Of a DNA stretch of 63,177 nt, positions 9,426 to 19,429 are shown piece after piece (position 1 is the first letter of the stretch; each line of letters begins with the position of its first letter). The position numbers and the translations under genes are program-made. Source of the stretch: an uncultured virus (IMG/VR IMGVR_UViG_3300037467_002795) (taxonomy: Duplodnaviria > Heunggongvirae > Uroviricota > Caudoviricetes); the IMG/VR virus record IMGVR_UViG_3300037467_002795, one strand, 5' to 3'. The notes under the pieces are model-generated. The model was not told the DNA's origin and made no database searches. It saw only the letters and a program-made list of their open reading frames with translations.

Positions 9426-11024
9426 TTATTTGGTCTTAACTTTGTTCTTGCGGGCGGAAGCCCGGGTGGCCTTAAGGCCACGCTTGCCGTCACCCGGGGC
9501 GTCCTGGTCGTCGCCGTCCGGGTTGTCGCCCGGGTCCTTGTGGCCGAAGAAGCTCAGCATTTCCGAGGCGAGGGCCTGGGCCGCGTCGTCGGCGGTCGCG
9601 GTCGAAGTGGCCGTCAGGTCGACCTGGGTTTCGGCCGGCTTTTGGGTCGCGGCGGAAGCGACAGCAGCAGCCGCCGCGGCGGCCTTCTCGGCTTCGGTGG
9701 GCTGGGCCGGGGTCACCGCCGGAGTCGCGGCCTTCTTGAGTTCCGCGATGGTCGCCAGGTGGGCGGCGAAGGCCTCGTCCGGCAGGGAAGCGAGGGTGGT
9801 GACGGTGGCCAGGGCCTTCTCGTCGCTGTCGAACCCGTAGGCGGTCCGGACCTGGGCGACCCGGTCGGCCTGCTTGCGGGCGGCGTCCGCCTTGGCGGTC
9901 TCTTCCTTCACCTTGTCCAGCTGGGCGACCAGTTCGGCCTTGGCGGCTTCGGCGGTCGCGAGGGCCGTCTTGGCGGCGGTCAGTTCCGCGTCCTTGGCGA
10001 CTAGGCCGGCCTTGGCGGTTTCGAGGTCGGCCGCGATTGCGGTCTTGGCCGCGGTCAGGTCGGCGACCTGTTTCTCGAAGTTCGCCTGGCGGGCCTCGTC
10101 CAGCTTCTTGTTGGCCTCGGCGAGCTCGGCCTTAAGTTTATCAAGCTCGTTCACTGATACTTCCTTTTGGTCGGCTTTATTATTGCCGCTGGCAGTCTCA
10201 TACCCCGGCGCGGAAAAAACTTTCGAAATTTTCTTGGCGGTCGCCCCGGAGGTCGGGGGCAGGATGACGGACTGGGGGTTCGCCGGCACCCGGACGAGCC
10301 CAACCCCGCTAAAGGTCAGGTTCTTGAACACGCGGAGGACCCGCCGGTCCCGGTACTTGCCGGTCCCGCCGTAGGCCCGCAAATGTTTGGTCAGGAAGGC
10401 GGTCGCGTCGTTGCGTTCGACGAGTTCGGCGTCGGCCGTCGCGAGGGCGTGTGAGTCGCCCCCCTGGGGGGCGAGCAAGTAGTCAAAGCCCTTGAACCGG
10501 CACTCCATCGAGACGAACCAGGCGTTCTCGGGAGTCGGGTTGTCCAACTCCGCTATCGCCCGGTTCATCCACTCCTGGCGGTCGGGGTAACCCGGCCAAT
10601 GCCGGTAGAGGACCGCGGACCCGCCGACGTGGAAGGAGTTGGGGGCACTGTCGCCTGTGAAGACCGAGCCGTCCTCGGCGAGTACCCGAGCGGCAGTCAT
10701 GTGACCGATGACGACAGCCGCCTTGTGTTCCTCGTTGAAGGGCTTGTCGACGGGGGACTGGCGGGCCCCCCAGGTCTCGGCGGTCGTGAAAAAGTCGTCG
10801 TTCAAGTTCGGCCCGGTCGAGGCCAGCACGAAGTCAATCGGGTACAGGTCCGGCAGGGAAAGGTTGGTGCCCGAACCCGCGGTGGCCCTCAGTCGGTCGA
10901 GCGTGTCCTGGTTGACTTCCCTGCCGGAAAAGACCGCCCGGCTGGCGGTGCAGACGGACGCACTGCGAAGAAGGGATTCGAGGCCGGCGTCGATTTCGTC
11001 ACGGAAGATTATCACGGAGTCCAC
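9426..11024 (-). CDS. Prohead protease / scaffold fusion
   Basis: N-terminal NLNDD..KPFNEEH..IGH..VSMEC..FSGVGLV..PAN protease-like motifs plus an Ala/Lys-rich coiled-coil C-terminus. Confidence 0.75.
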   Translation of the reverse strand: MDSVIIFRDEIDAGLESLLRSASVCTASRAVFSGREVNQDTLDRLRATAGSGTNLSLPDLYPIDFVLASTGPNLNDDFFTTAETWGARQSPVDKPFNEEHKAAVVIGHMTAARVLAEDGSVFTGDSAPNSFHVGGSAVLYRHWPGYPDRQEWMNRAIAELDNPTPENAWFVSMECRFKGFDYLLAPQGGDSHALATADAELVERNDATAFLTKHLRAYGGTGKYRDRRVLRVFKNLTFSGVGLVRVPANPQSVILPPTSGATAKKISKVFSAPGYETASGNNKADQKEVSVNELDKLKAELAEANKKLDEARQANFEKQVADLTAAKTAIAADLETAKAGLVAKDAELTAAKTALATAEAAKAELVAQLDKVKEETAKADAARKQADRVAQVRTAYGFDSDEKALATVTTLASLPDEAFAAHLATIAELKKAATPAVTPAQPTEAEKAAAAAAAVASAATQKPAETQVDLTATSTATADDAAQALASEMLSFFGHKDPGDNPDGDDQDAPGDGKRGLKATRASARKNKVKTK

Positions 11025-11031
11025 GGCACCC

Positions 11032-11376
11032 TCAATCGGTCCACTCGGGCAACTCGACCGTCTGCCCCTTCAGCTCGTGCGAGCAATCGGCAAGGAATTG
11101 GATTCGGCCGTCCGCCACGAACGAATGGCACCGCGGCGTGTTGGTGACATTGTCCGGCGAGGTGAGGGCTTCGCCCTGAAGGTCGTGGTCGACAAACGTC
11201 GGGTGCGGGTGAGCCAAGATGGACGGCATGAACGTCGGCCGGTCGTCGCTCCCGTTCCAATCCCAGAAGAACTTGTCGGCGGCCCCGTCTTCCCGGACCG
11301 CAACGCCGTGGGCAGTCTTGCACCCCGGACACCTGAACATTCGGAGGCCGGGACACGGGCGGCGGAGCTTGGCCAT
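11032..11376 (-). CDS. Small Cys/His protein (DUF6527-like)
   Basis: CPGC..H, WDWNGS..PTFMPSI, RCHSF..GRIQFLADCSH. Confidence 0.6.
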   Translation of the reverse strand: MAKLRRPCPGLRMFRCPGCKTAHGVAVREDGAADKFFWDWNGSDDRPTFMPSILAHPHPTFVDHDLQGEALTSPDNVTNTPRCHSFVADGRIQFLADCSHELKGQTVELPEWTD

Positions 11377-11377
11377 A

Positions 11378-11710
11378 TCAATCCCGCTTGAAGAACGACA
11401 GGAGTTCGTCGGCCAGCCCGTCGTCACCGAACGCTTCAGTCTTCGTCACGAACCCGGCGTGGGCGGACGGCTTGGCCCCGGCGGAGGCGAGGGCCCGGCC
11501 CGCGGTCGTATCGGCCGCGACCGTCCGGTGGACCTGCCGGTAGTCCTCGTCGTCGTTCTCATCGATTTGACAAATTTCGAGACTATAGTCGTCCCGGCTG
11601 CCATAGGGTAGGTAAATATTGACACTATTGACGTTCTCAAGGGCCTTGCCGTCCACCGAGCACGCCAGCGTCTTGTCGACCGTGTCAAATTCAATTGCAA
11701 TTTTGGCCAT
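11378..11710 (-). CDS. Hypothetical protein
   Basis: Tightly packed operon ORF with a GAGGAG RBS. Confidence 0.6.
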   Translation of the reverse strand: MAKIAIEFDTVDKTLACSVDGKALENVNSVNIYLPYGSRDDYSLEICQIDENDDEDYRQVHRTVAADTTAGRALASAGAKPSAHAGFVTKTEAFGDDGLADELLSFFKRD

Positions 11711-11712
11711 GT

Positions 11713-13917
11713 CTACTCCTCGTCCTCACATACACCGTCGTCGTCATCAAACGTGACAAGTGCGTACGCCATCGCCCGCAACTGGCGGGTCTGGTCGGCG
11801 GCCGGAGGCTTCCCGTATTCGGCCACGTGTCGGGCGACCGCGGTCTGAACCAGTTGGTCGACGGCCGGGAATACGCGGGGGCCGGCGGCGAGAGCGGCCC
11901 GAACACTCTCGGGGCTGGCCGGGGAATTGACCGCGTGGGCACACAGGACGCCGAGCTTGACCCGCTCGAAGGCCTCTGCGTCCGCGTCCGTCAGTTCGCG
12001 GGCGGTCTTAAGTCCCTTGGCTGCCAACAGAGACGGCCGGAGGACCTCGTCGACCGTCTTGAGGGTCGCGTCGGCCCACAACGAAGCCCGAGCCAGGGCG
12101 GCTGAGGCCTGCTTGGGGGCCGGGCGTTTTGTTTTGCGTTTGGCCTGGTCTTTGGAACCGGCCGGTCGCCCGTTCGGCTTGGGGTTTTTCTTGTCGCCTG
12201 ACGGCGCACCTCCGGCAGGAGAGGGAGCAGTAGGACGCTTGGCCGGGGGAACCTCGCCGGGCTTGGGCGGGGGCAGGTCGAGCCCGACCTGGGACGGGGT
12301 CACCTCGCCCTGGCCCAATAGGGTCTGGTGAAGCTTGGCCTTCTGCTGAGAGTCCTGGTGGTACGGGCCGGCCTTCGGCGGCAAAGCCCCCTGCTCCCGC
12401 TTCCGCCCTTCCTGCCGGATGCGGGCCTGTTCGATATCGGGGTCGGCCCCGAACCGCTGCTGGACGTAGGTCGCGCTGATGACATCGCGGTCGATGAGGT
12501 CCCTCAACAGGGCCTTCTCGGCGGCATCGTCGGACAGGTCGGGCACGGCGAACGACAAGCTGAACGGCTGGCGGAACCCGAACGTCTGGCGGAGAATTTC
12601 GAGCTCGCTCAGCCAGAATTGCGAGAGCACCATCCGGGCGTACTGGAGCCGCTCGACGAGCACCCGCAGGGACACAAAATTGTTCGTCATCCCGGCGTCG
12701 GTCATCGCCCCGGTCAGGGTCGGCGGGACCCCCAGGCCGATGAACAAGTTCTGCATGGTCTGGGCGTACTTGTCCTTACCCAAGAACCGGTAGATTTCCG
12801 TGCCGGTCTCGACCAGTTCGAGGTCGGGGCCCCAGACCAGGTCCATGCACCCGCCGCCGGTCGAGTGCAGGAGGATGTCCGCCAGCATTTGGCAGGCTTC
12901 CTGGTTCGGGATAATCTCCTTGTCGAGGTTCCCGAGCTTCCACACGCGGACGTGCGAGATGGCCCCGTCGAGGGCACTGCGGTCCGCCATCCGCAGCTTC
13001 TCGAACATCTGGAGGTCGTCCAAAACCGCGTTCAAAAGCGGCGTGGCCCAGACCTCGTCGTCGTCCTTCTTGTACTGCAAAATAACGGTTTTGTTGGGTT
13101 CGAGCGGGACCCACTTGTCGTTGACCATCCGCTGCCGGAGGGCGGCCGGGATGCGGCTAACTAGCTGCTTGTCGGCGACACTCCGCGGGGTCGTGATGCG
13201 TTTGAGGAGGGAGTCCGGCGGACGGACCGCGTACGTGACGACGTCGTCGCCAATGAACTGGGCCAGTTCCCCGCCGATGGCCTCGACGGTGACCGGGTTC
13301 AGGACCTTGTAGCCGACCGGAATCTCGCCCGGGGGTAATTTCGTCCTATCGGAACCATTATCGGCCCCCACCGCCGCAACAGCCCGTAAGGAGGCTATGT
13401 CGTTATTGGCCAGTTTGGCAGTTCGACGCCTGATGGGGGCGACGGCTTCACGGAAAAGTCGACGGACAATCCGGTCGCTCACACCGGCGATATCGGCTTT
13501 TTTGGCCCACTCTCGCCCCCACGCCTGCACCTTGGCGGCCGGGTGAACGACCTGGATTCCCTTGTTCACGAAATCCGTCATCATGTCGACGGTATTGCGA
13601 ACAATGGAAAATCGCTTGTAGGCCATCTGGCAGGCGGACTGTATCCCGTGAACTTCGGTCGGGAGCCGCTCGCCCGGCCGGAAAAAGTCGTAATCCTCGC
13701 GGTTGAACCCGTCGCGGACCGAGATGCCCGGCTTGTCGATGTTCCGGAACGTGCCGATAGCGGTCGCCCGTTCGGCACCCTGGGCACTCCGACTGGCAAC
13801 AGCCCCGTACCCGACCGCGGCGGCGTTCAGGGCGGCCTGCTTGCCCTTCACGTCGCTGGACTTAAAGGTCTGGTAAAGCGGGCGTTCGGGACTGTTTTCG
13901 GGGCGAGTTCTGCGCAT
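11713..13917 (-). CDS. Portal protein
   Basis: About 735 aa directly after the terminase; VRNTVDMMTDF, LGVPPTL motifs; start could be 13962. Confidence 0.75.
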   Translation of the reverse strand: MRRTRPENSPERPLYQTFKSSDVKGKQAALNAAAVGYGAVASRSAQGAERATAIGTFRNIDKPGISVRDGFNREDYDFFRPGERLPTEVHGIQSACQMAYKRFSIVRNTVDMMTDFVNKGIQVVHPAAKVQAWGREWAKKADIAGVSDRIVRRLFREAVAPIRRRTAKLANNDIASLRAVAAVGADNGSDRTKLPPGEIPVGYKVLNPVTVEAIGGELAQFIGDDVVTYAVRPPDSLLKRITTPRSVADKQLVSRIPAALRQRMVNDKWVPLEPNKTVILQYKKDDDEVWATPLLNAVLDDLQMFEKLRMADRSALDGAISHVRVWKLGNLDKEIIPNQEACQMLADILLHSTGGGCMDLVWGPDLELVETGTEIYRFLGKDKYAQTMQNLFIGLGVPPTLTGAMTDAGMTNNFVSLRVLVERLQYARMVLSQFWLSELEILRQTFGFRQPFSLSFAVPDLSDDAAEKALLRDLIDRDVISATYVQQRFGADPDIEQARIRQEGRKREQGALPPKAGPYHQDSQQKAKLHQTLLGQGEVTPSQVGLDLPPPKPGEVPPAKRPTAPSPAGGAPSGDKKNPKPNGRPAGSKDQAKRKTKRPAPKQASAALARASLWADATLKTVDEVLRPSLLAAKGLKTARELTDADAEAFERVKLGVLCAHAVNSPASPESVRAALAAGPRVFPAVDQLVQTAVARHVAEYGKPPAADQTRQLRAMAYALVTFDDDDGVCEDEE

Positions 13918-13962
13918 TCCAACTACGTTGTGTTTACAGTTCCACTGTGGGTTGACGCCCAC

Positions 13963-16900
13963 TCATACACCACCGCGGATGACGACCGCCCCACCGTACC
14001 CCCGCGACCCCAGCTTGTTGGTGAACCAAGGTGGGGCCTGGTAGAGAGGTCCGCCCTCGCCCCGCGAGGCGGGGTTGGCCGAGGCGATTTCCGAAATGAA
14101 CCCGCCGACCCCGCCCTTGTAGGTGAAGACGGGCAGGGCCCGGGCGAGCTGGCGGGCCCCCATGTTGGCCATCAGGAGCGCGCTATAGCGGTCTTTGCGC
14201 ATCCGCCCGGCTTTTGACCCGGGCACCTTGCGGTCGGGCGTGTCCCAGCGGCGGAGTCCGGTCGACGACTCAGACACCTCGATGGTGGCCAGTTCGTCTT
14301 TCAATTTCTCGATTTCCAACATGGCCTGTTCGAGCGTGTCGTAGGTCTGGTAGACCTTCTCCCCCCGCTCGTCCTTGCCCACGCGGCCGGCGGCCTCGTC
14401 GGCGATTTCGGTCAGGCCCAGCGTCAGCGAGTTGAACATGGGGAACAGGAGCACCCGGTCTTCCAGGTCCTTCTTCATCCCGTCGTTGGCCTCGACCACC
14501 CAGGCGTTGTCGCGGAACACGACCATCTCGAGCAAATGGTCCCCGGCCAGGTTGTCGGTCGGCTTCTTGTCCTTCGGGTCGACCACTTCGTAGACGGGCA
14601 GTTCGCCGGGTTCGAGCTTGTCCGGGTCCCCGAAGGCTTCCCGGAGCGTAATCCCGCCGCCGCCCGCGTCGACCAGCACCCGAGCGGGCGGAAAAACCTT
14701 GAACAGGTCGCGAATTTTCCGCACGCAATAGCGGAAAAAGTCGTGGTCGCCGACCATCTTCTTGCGGAGCTTGTTCGTGTGGTCGGCCTTGCGAGTAGTC
14801 CAGCAGTACACGACGCGGCGGTGTTCGGGCCAGATTTCCACGATGACGACCGCGAACCGGTCGTTTTCCGAGGCGGGGTCAATTCCGTACACGTACTTAC
14901 AGTTGCCACTGGCCTGCAAGGCGGCCGTGAACTTGACCGGCCCGCACGACGGGAACGAAACGGGGTCGGGGTCGTCCGGTTTGCCGACCACGCACCGCTC
15001 AACTAGTGAACGTTTGAAAAATCCGTCTGAATCAGACAAGAACGTGGCGGAATATTCCATCAAAAATTGGCCGGTGTTCGTAATCCGCTTCGCACGGGCG
15101 ATGGTGGCCTCGTCCATGTACCCGTGCGGAATCAGCGAATACGGCAAACGGATGATGCTGTACTGCCGCCAGTCGAATCCATCGGGGGGAGGGCCGTTAA
15201 ACACCTTCTCGAGGGCCTTCGGGTCGCCCCGACTCTCGATGAACGTCTTGTATTCCCGCCAGTACCGGGCGAAATGGTTAAAGCTGTAATAAGCGGTTCC
15301 GGTTAACACCGACTGGTTGCCACGAACTCGCTTCCGCTCCTCGGCGTCCATCTCGTCGGACCACATCCCGAGCCGCTTCAGAAGGCGGATACGGGCGTAG
15401 TCGACGACATTCCCGACCGGGTCGGCGGTGACCGAAGCAAAGCCCTGGACGACGACGGCGTAGACTTCTTCATTTAAGGACGCCACCTCGTCAGTTAGGA
15501 CATAATTTGCACGCAGTCCTCTAATCTTTGTATTGTGTGAAACTACGCCGTTGGCCACATAGGCATGGGTTTCTAGAACATGGCAATCGTAAGTGACCGC
15601 TTCGCCGAACTCAATTTTTGAAACCGGGTCAAAATAAATCGACGGTGAAACCAATTTCTCCAACTGCTCTCGCCGCGAGTGCCCGTGAGGAAGCCGACGG
15701 ACAATATCGGCCGCGTACGAACGACTTGCCTTCCTTTTGACGACTTCGCACTTAAGTAACCCGGCATCGCGAGACACTTCAGCGAGCACCGGCTCGAGAC
15801 CCGGAATCATATCCCGAGTGCTGTAACCTCGCTTCTTGAGACCAAGACCCGCAGCTAATTTTTCTCTCTTCCTGGACAGTCGGAATCCGACTCGTTCAGC
15901 GAACATGGCGACATCCGGACCAGTAATTAAGAGCTCATAAGAAGTCGCCCACTTGTCCGACCGCTTGCGGCTGGTGATTCGAGAGAGGATTCCGAAGTGG
16001 AGCAGTAGATACTGAACCTGTTTTACCAAGACCGGACTGGTCGTTGACAGCCCGACAGATGCCGACGTACCCTCTTTATTCGTGTGGACAGATAGCGTTC
16101 CATCGGTATCAAAAATTCCACTAAGACAAGCCGCCACGACAGACTTGCGAGATGCCAACAAGACCGGGGGAAGAACCTTATCACCTGAATAGGCGGTACG
16201 AAGCCCCCACTTTCTTAACCACTCGGCACGGTCTTGCTTTCCGCAATGTGTGTAATGGTGCGGGTCGTTTTCGAAGTGGTGCTTGAACAGGAATCCAGTC
16301 CCCCTCCGTACTCCTTCAATTAGCTCGTTGTCTAGTGTAGCGTACCCTATCGTATAAGGATTAGTCCAACAACCGTCCCCAATCAAAAGCCCGAGGGCGT
16401 ACCCCTCTTCTTCGGTTCGTCCCGAATCGCCATTATGCCAGCGTTCGGACCGGTCAACAACCAGCCGGTCTTCTTGGCTAATTTCATCGAGCCGCTTCCA
16501 CGTTATACCCGTGTCTCGATAAACCTGAACCTTATGATTGGGAGTCCCTTCAATCACGATGCCTAGATTACTGATGACTCGAACAGTTTGTGACCGACCA
16601 TTACAGTAAGACTCGTCCGATGGGCGAAATTCTTGGCCGTCCCAGACCGTACAAGGGTTTTCGACCCCGTATTGCAAATCACTCGAGTGCGGCACTAGTT
16701 GCGACATGGAGGCGACACGGTCACCGAGCGTGACCATCGTGTCCCCGACCAGACACCCGTCGCCCGTTGGCAATCCGGTTACGACCGAGTCCCCGACTAC
16801 GAACTCGACCCGGTCGATGTCCCGTCGCGGGCCGTTCTTCCGCCCGCTCCCGGCTCGCCCGGAATTCACGAGCGAGCGAAAAACAGGCGAGTTGTGCCAG

Positions 16901-17409
16901 ATTCGTTCCATGTACTCGAACACGGCCTTTGCCTGCCGGAACGCGGCGGCCGTGATGACGATTTTGGCCCCTGGGGTGAAGGTGGCCCGGAGCAAAGCGT
17001 AGACCGCCAGAAGAAACGTTTTTCCGCTCCCGCGGCTGGCCACAATCATGGGGAATTGTCGCCACCATAGTTCCCGAAGGGCCAATTGTTGGAAGGGTAG
17101 AATCCGGAGCGGCCCGGCCCCGTCCGGACGAACGAACAAACTCCGGCAGGTGAAGGCGAAGAACTCCGGGTCTTGCAACAACTTCAAGATGTGGATGTGC
17201 GGGTTGTCGAAATCGAACCGGGTCTTGGGAACGAGAGGCTGGTCAGCGGACGAGGGGATTTTGAGCAGGGCGAGGGCCTGTTCGACCCCCATCGCCCCGT
17301 CCTGGATTAACGACCACTCTTCGGGGCTGAGAGCCCAGGCGTTCTCGGCGGCCTGGAAAATAAGTTCAGCGTCCGCCGTGAAGACCGGTTTATTCCGACT
17401 GACTGCCAT
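13963..17409 (-). CDS. terL: Terminase large subunit containing an intein
   Basis: PFQ motif, Walker A ASRGSGKT, Walker B VLTDE, RNase H-like GIDPA and KDRYSAL. Confidence 0.92.
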   Translation of the reverse strand: MAVSRNKPVFTADAELIFQAAENAWALSPEEWSLIQDGAMGVEQALALLKIPSSADQPLVPKTRFDFDNPHIHILKLLQDPEFFAFTCRSLFVRPDGAGPLRILPFQQLALRELWWRQFPMIVASRGSGKTFLLAVYALLRATFTPGAKIVITAAAFRQAKAVFEYMERIWHNSPVFRSLVNSGRAGSGRKNGPRRDIDRVEFVVGDSVVTGLPTGDGCLVGDTMVTLGDRVASMSQLVPHSSDLQYGVENPCTVWDGQEFRPSDESYCNGRSQTVRVISNLGIVIEGTPNHKVQVYRDTGITWKRLDEISQEDRLVVDRSERWHNGDSGRTEEEGYALGLLIGDGCWTNPYTIGYATLDNELIEGVRRGTGFLFKHHFENDPHHYTHCGKQDRAEWLRKWGLRTAYSGDKVLPPVLLASRKSVVAACLSGIFDTDGTLSVHTNKEGTSASVGLSTTSPVLVKQVQYLLLHFGILSRITSRKRSDKWATSYELLITGPDVAMFAERVGFRLSRKREKLAAGLGLKKRGYSTRDMIPGLEPVLAEVSRDAGLLKCEVVKRKASRSYAADIVRRLPHGHSRREQLEKLVSPSIYFDPVSKIEFGEAVTYDCHVLETHAYVANGVVSHNTKIRGLRANYVLTDEVASLNEEVYAVVVQGFASVTADPVGNVVDYARIRLLKRLGMWSDEMDAEERKRVRGNQSVLTGTAYYSFNHFARYWREYKTFIESRGDPKALEKVFNGPPPDGFDWRQYSIIRLPYSLIPHGYMDEATIARAKRITNTGQFLMEYSATFLSDSDGFFKRSLVERCVVGKPDDPDPVSFPSCGPVKFTAALQASGNCKYVYGIDPASENDRFAVVIVEIWPEHRRVVYCWTTRKADHTNKLRKKMVGDHDFFRYCVRKIRDLFKVFPPARVLVDAGGGGITLREAFGDPDKLEPGELPVYEVVDPKDKKPTDNLAGDHLLEMVVFRDNAWVVEANDGMKKDLEDRVLLFPMFNSLTLGLTEIADEAAGRVGKDERGEKVYQTYDTLEQAMLEIEKLKDELATIEVSESSTGLRRWDTPDRKVPGSKAGRMRKDRYSALLMANMGARQLARALPVFTYKGGVGGFISEIASANPASRGEGGPLYQAPPWFTNKLGSRGYGGAVVIRGGV
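15532..16755 (-). mobile_element. Intein with LAGLIDADG homing endonuclease (408 aa)
   Basis: Starts CLVGDTMV, ends ANGVVSHN followed by +1 Thr; LGLLIGDG and LSGIFDTDG motifs; lower GC than the exteins. Confidence 0.92.
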
Positions 17410-17881
17410 ATAAATCGACGATTCGCTTGAACAAAGAAAGGGCGGCTGTGCGACCCTGTTGGCCGACGAACTCGACCCGCAGTCGGGGGTGGGCCAGCCG
17501 CATCTCGTGGTAGGTCTTGATGAGCAGGTCCGGCCGGACTCTCAGGGACCGCCACTTGGAGGGCGGGATACCCGAGCCCCGCGGGTACTCGACCAGGTGC
17601 TTCCACTCGAATTCCAGGAACAAATAGGGATGTTCGAACTCATCGAGCCGCTCGAGTTCGCGATGGAACCGGGGCTGGAATAAATTCTGACAAAATTCTG
17701 ACGATGAGAATTTCCTCTCCAAACAAAACACTTTCTCAAAACCCTTGACCGTATAATCTCCGGTCGAAAGGGTTTGCACTTCTGTCCCAAGGCATCGCGC
17801 CCGAGCCTGAAAAATCCAGCCTTCCTGTTCGCGGGTGTCGCGAATGACCGTAAATTTAACTTCTTCTTTTTTGGGCGGCAT
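17390..17881 (-). CDS. ERCC4-domain nuclease (resolvase-like)
   Basis: DTREQ, GDY, ERK and LE motifs. Confidence 0.8.
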   Translation of the reverse strand: MPPKKEEVKFTVIRDTREQEGWIFQARARCLGTEVQTLSTGDYTVKGFEKVFCLERKFSSSEFCQNLFQPRFHRELERLDEFEHPYLFLEFEWKHLVEYPRGSGIPPSKWRSLRVRPDLLIKTYHEMRLAHPRLRVEFVGQQGRTAALSLFKRIVDLYGSQSE

Positions 17882-18959
17882 TTTCCGCAATGACCCCGCA
17901 CAAGTGAACGAATTCCGATTCAGGAAGCTCTTGCTTCATGAAATTAATATCCTTGAAAATCCACTGTATATTACCTTCGACATAACCCAGTTTTGAATCG
18001 ATGCGGTCTAGCGATGCGGTTCGCCTTCGCAGGTCACGGTGAGTTTCTGGCAAAACAAGCTTAATACCAGACAATGCACATCTACCCATTTGCTTCACAA
18101 ACAAATCCCAGACCTGCTCAATGGACACCTCGAAAAGTTTGGAAGTGTTTGCGACTTCCGACCAAACTGAACCTGTAATCCCGCCAAAACCTGTCCTTCG
18201 ACTAAGGTCAGTTGTGAACGCATAAGGTTGAGGTGGCTTCTCTCCGCTGACCGCTCGGAGCGGAAATGCAATTAGCCCGCATAGGCCCAAGAAGTAAGGA
18301 AGGGAGTAGCTCTGCTTCATGTAGTTGATGCGACGGTCAACCCACTGGCAATTGCCAACCGAATACGGCAAGGAAGAATCAATGCGGTCCAAGGATGCCG
18401 TCGACTCCCGCAAGCGTTTACCGAAATAGATATCGAGACCACTTATGGCGCACTTACCGTCCTGCGACTCGAATAATTCAGATGCTTCAGCATGGCTGAT
18501 GCCAAATTCAATCCCTCTCGTGGCGACTGAGTTTTTGACAGGCGTCCAGTAAGCAGACGAGATTTTACCGATGTAAAAAAGCTTCTTACAACCACAAGAA
18601 GTCGCCCTGCCACTTTTCAAGTTATCGCACGATTTAACAGTATAATTACCACAGTCACACCGACATCGCCACATTGCCGTCGGCTCATCCTGCACACCAA
18701 GACATTCTTCGGCAACCAATTTGCCCGAACGGAATCCCTTTATATTTTTAAATTTCCGAACAGCATGACAGTCACGAATTTTATATCCGTGTCTCACAAG
18801 ATTGTTTTTGACTGTCGAATAGGAACACCCGGCCATTCTGCCAATATCTTCGAGTGAAAATTTACGATTATAGTAGGCATCCACTATCACCGGCATGACC
18901 AGGCTAACTCTGACCCCTGGCTTTCTGCCCTTGTATTTTCTTTTCTCTCGATTGGTCAT
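17856..18959 (-). mobile_element. Free-standing HNH-like endonuclease with two nuclease repeats
   Basis: Two CAxSG..ASLDRIDS..GN.QW..IN.MK units; WRCRCDCG and SCGC motifs; AT-rich. Confidence 0.85.
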
Positions 18960-18967
18960 CGCATTCG

Positions 18968-19123
18968 TCACTTGTCTTCCAACCCTTTGATGGCGTAGTC
19001 GCCGGTCTTCAGGGTCCCCACCTCGGTCCCCTGGCACCTCGCACGGGCCAGAAAGGTCCACCCATTTTGTTCGCGGCTGTCGCGGATGACTGTGAATTTG
19101 ATTTGGTCGGGCTTGGTGGTCAT
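18968..19123 (-). pseudogene. Orphaned original 5' end (51 aa) of the ERCC4 nuclease
   Basis: MTTKPDQIKFTVIRDSREQNGWTFLARARCQGTEVGTLKTGDYAIKGLEDK* aligns with the N-terminus of 17390..17881. Confidence 0.88.
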
Positions 19124-19429
19124 TTAACTACTGGTAGACTTAGTCACAGAAATAATGATTTCCGGCTTGAGCCATTCGGCCAGGGCCCGGTCGAGCTGGT
19201 CGGCGGCGAGGCCGTACACGTTCCAGTCCGTGTCACTGACGAATCGACAAATGTCCGGGCGGGAAAAGCCCCACTTCAGACGGGCCTCGAGCGTCCGCTT
19301 GATTTCCCGATAACTCGGGCCGACCACGGCCGCGACCCACTCTTCGCCCTCGTCGGCGAAGCCAAGTTTGTCCAGGAGGTGAACGGCGTCTTCGGGACTA
19401 TCGACACTAACCCGGATTGGGGCTCTCAT
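19124..19429 (-). CDS. Hypothetical protein
   Basis: Operon ORF whose stop abuts the ATG of the ERCC4 stub. Confidence 0.6.
   Translation of the reverse strand: MRAPIRVSVDSPEDAVHLLDKLGFADEGEEWVAAVVGPSYREIKRTLEARLKWGFSRPDICRFVSDTDWNVYGLAADQLDRALAEWLKPEIIISVTKSTSS

Noticed and set aside
1550..17413. Long plus-strand ORFs opposite the structural genes (e.g. 7731..8840, 12328..13164, 3762..4589)
   Set aside because: Antisense shadows caused by high GC3; no RBS or recognisable motifs
17856..18967. Group I intron around the HNH gene
   Set aside because: Almost no non-coding sequence flanks the ORF to form a ribozyme core, and the target 5' end is duplicated rather than split
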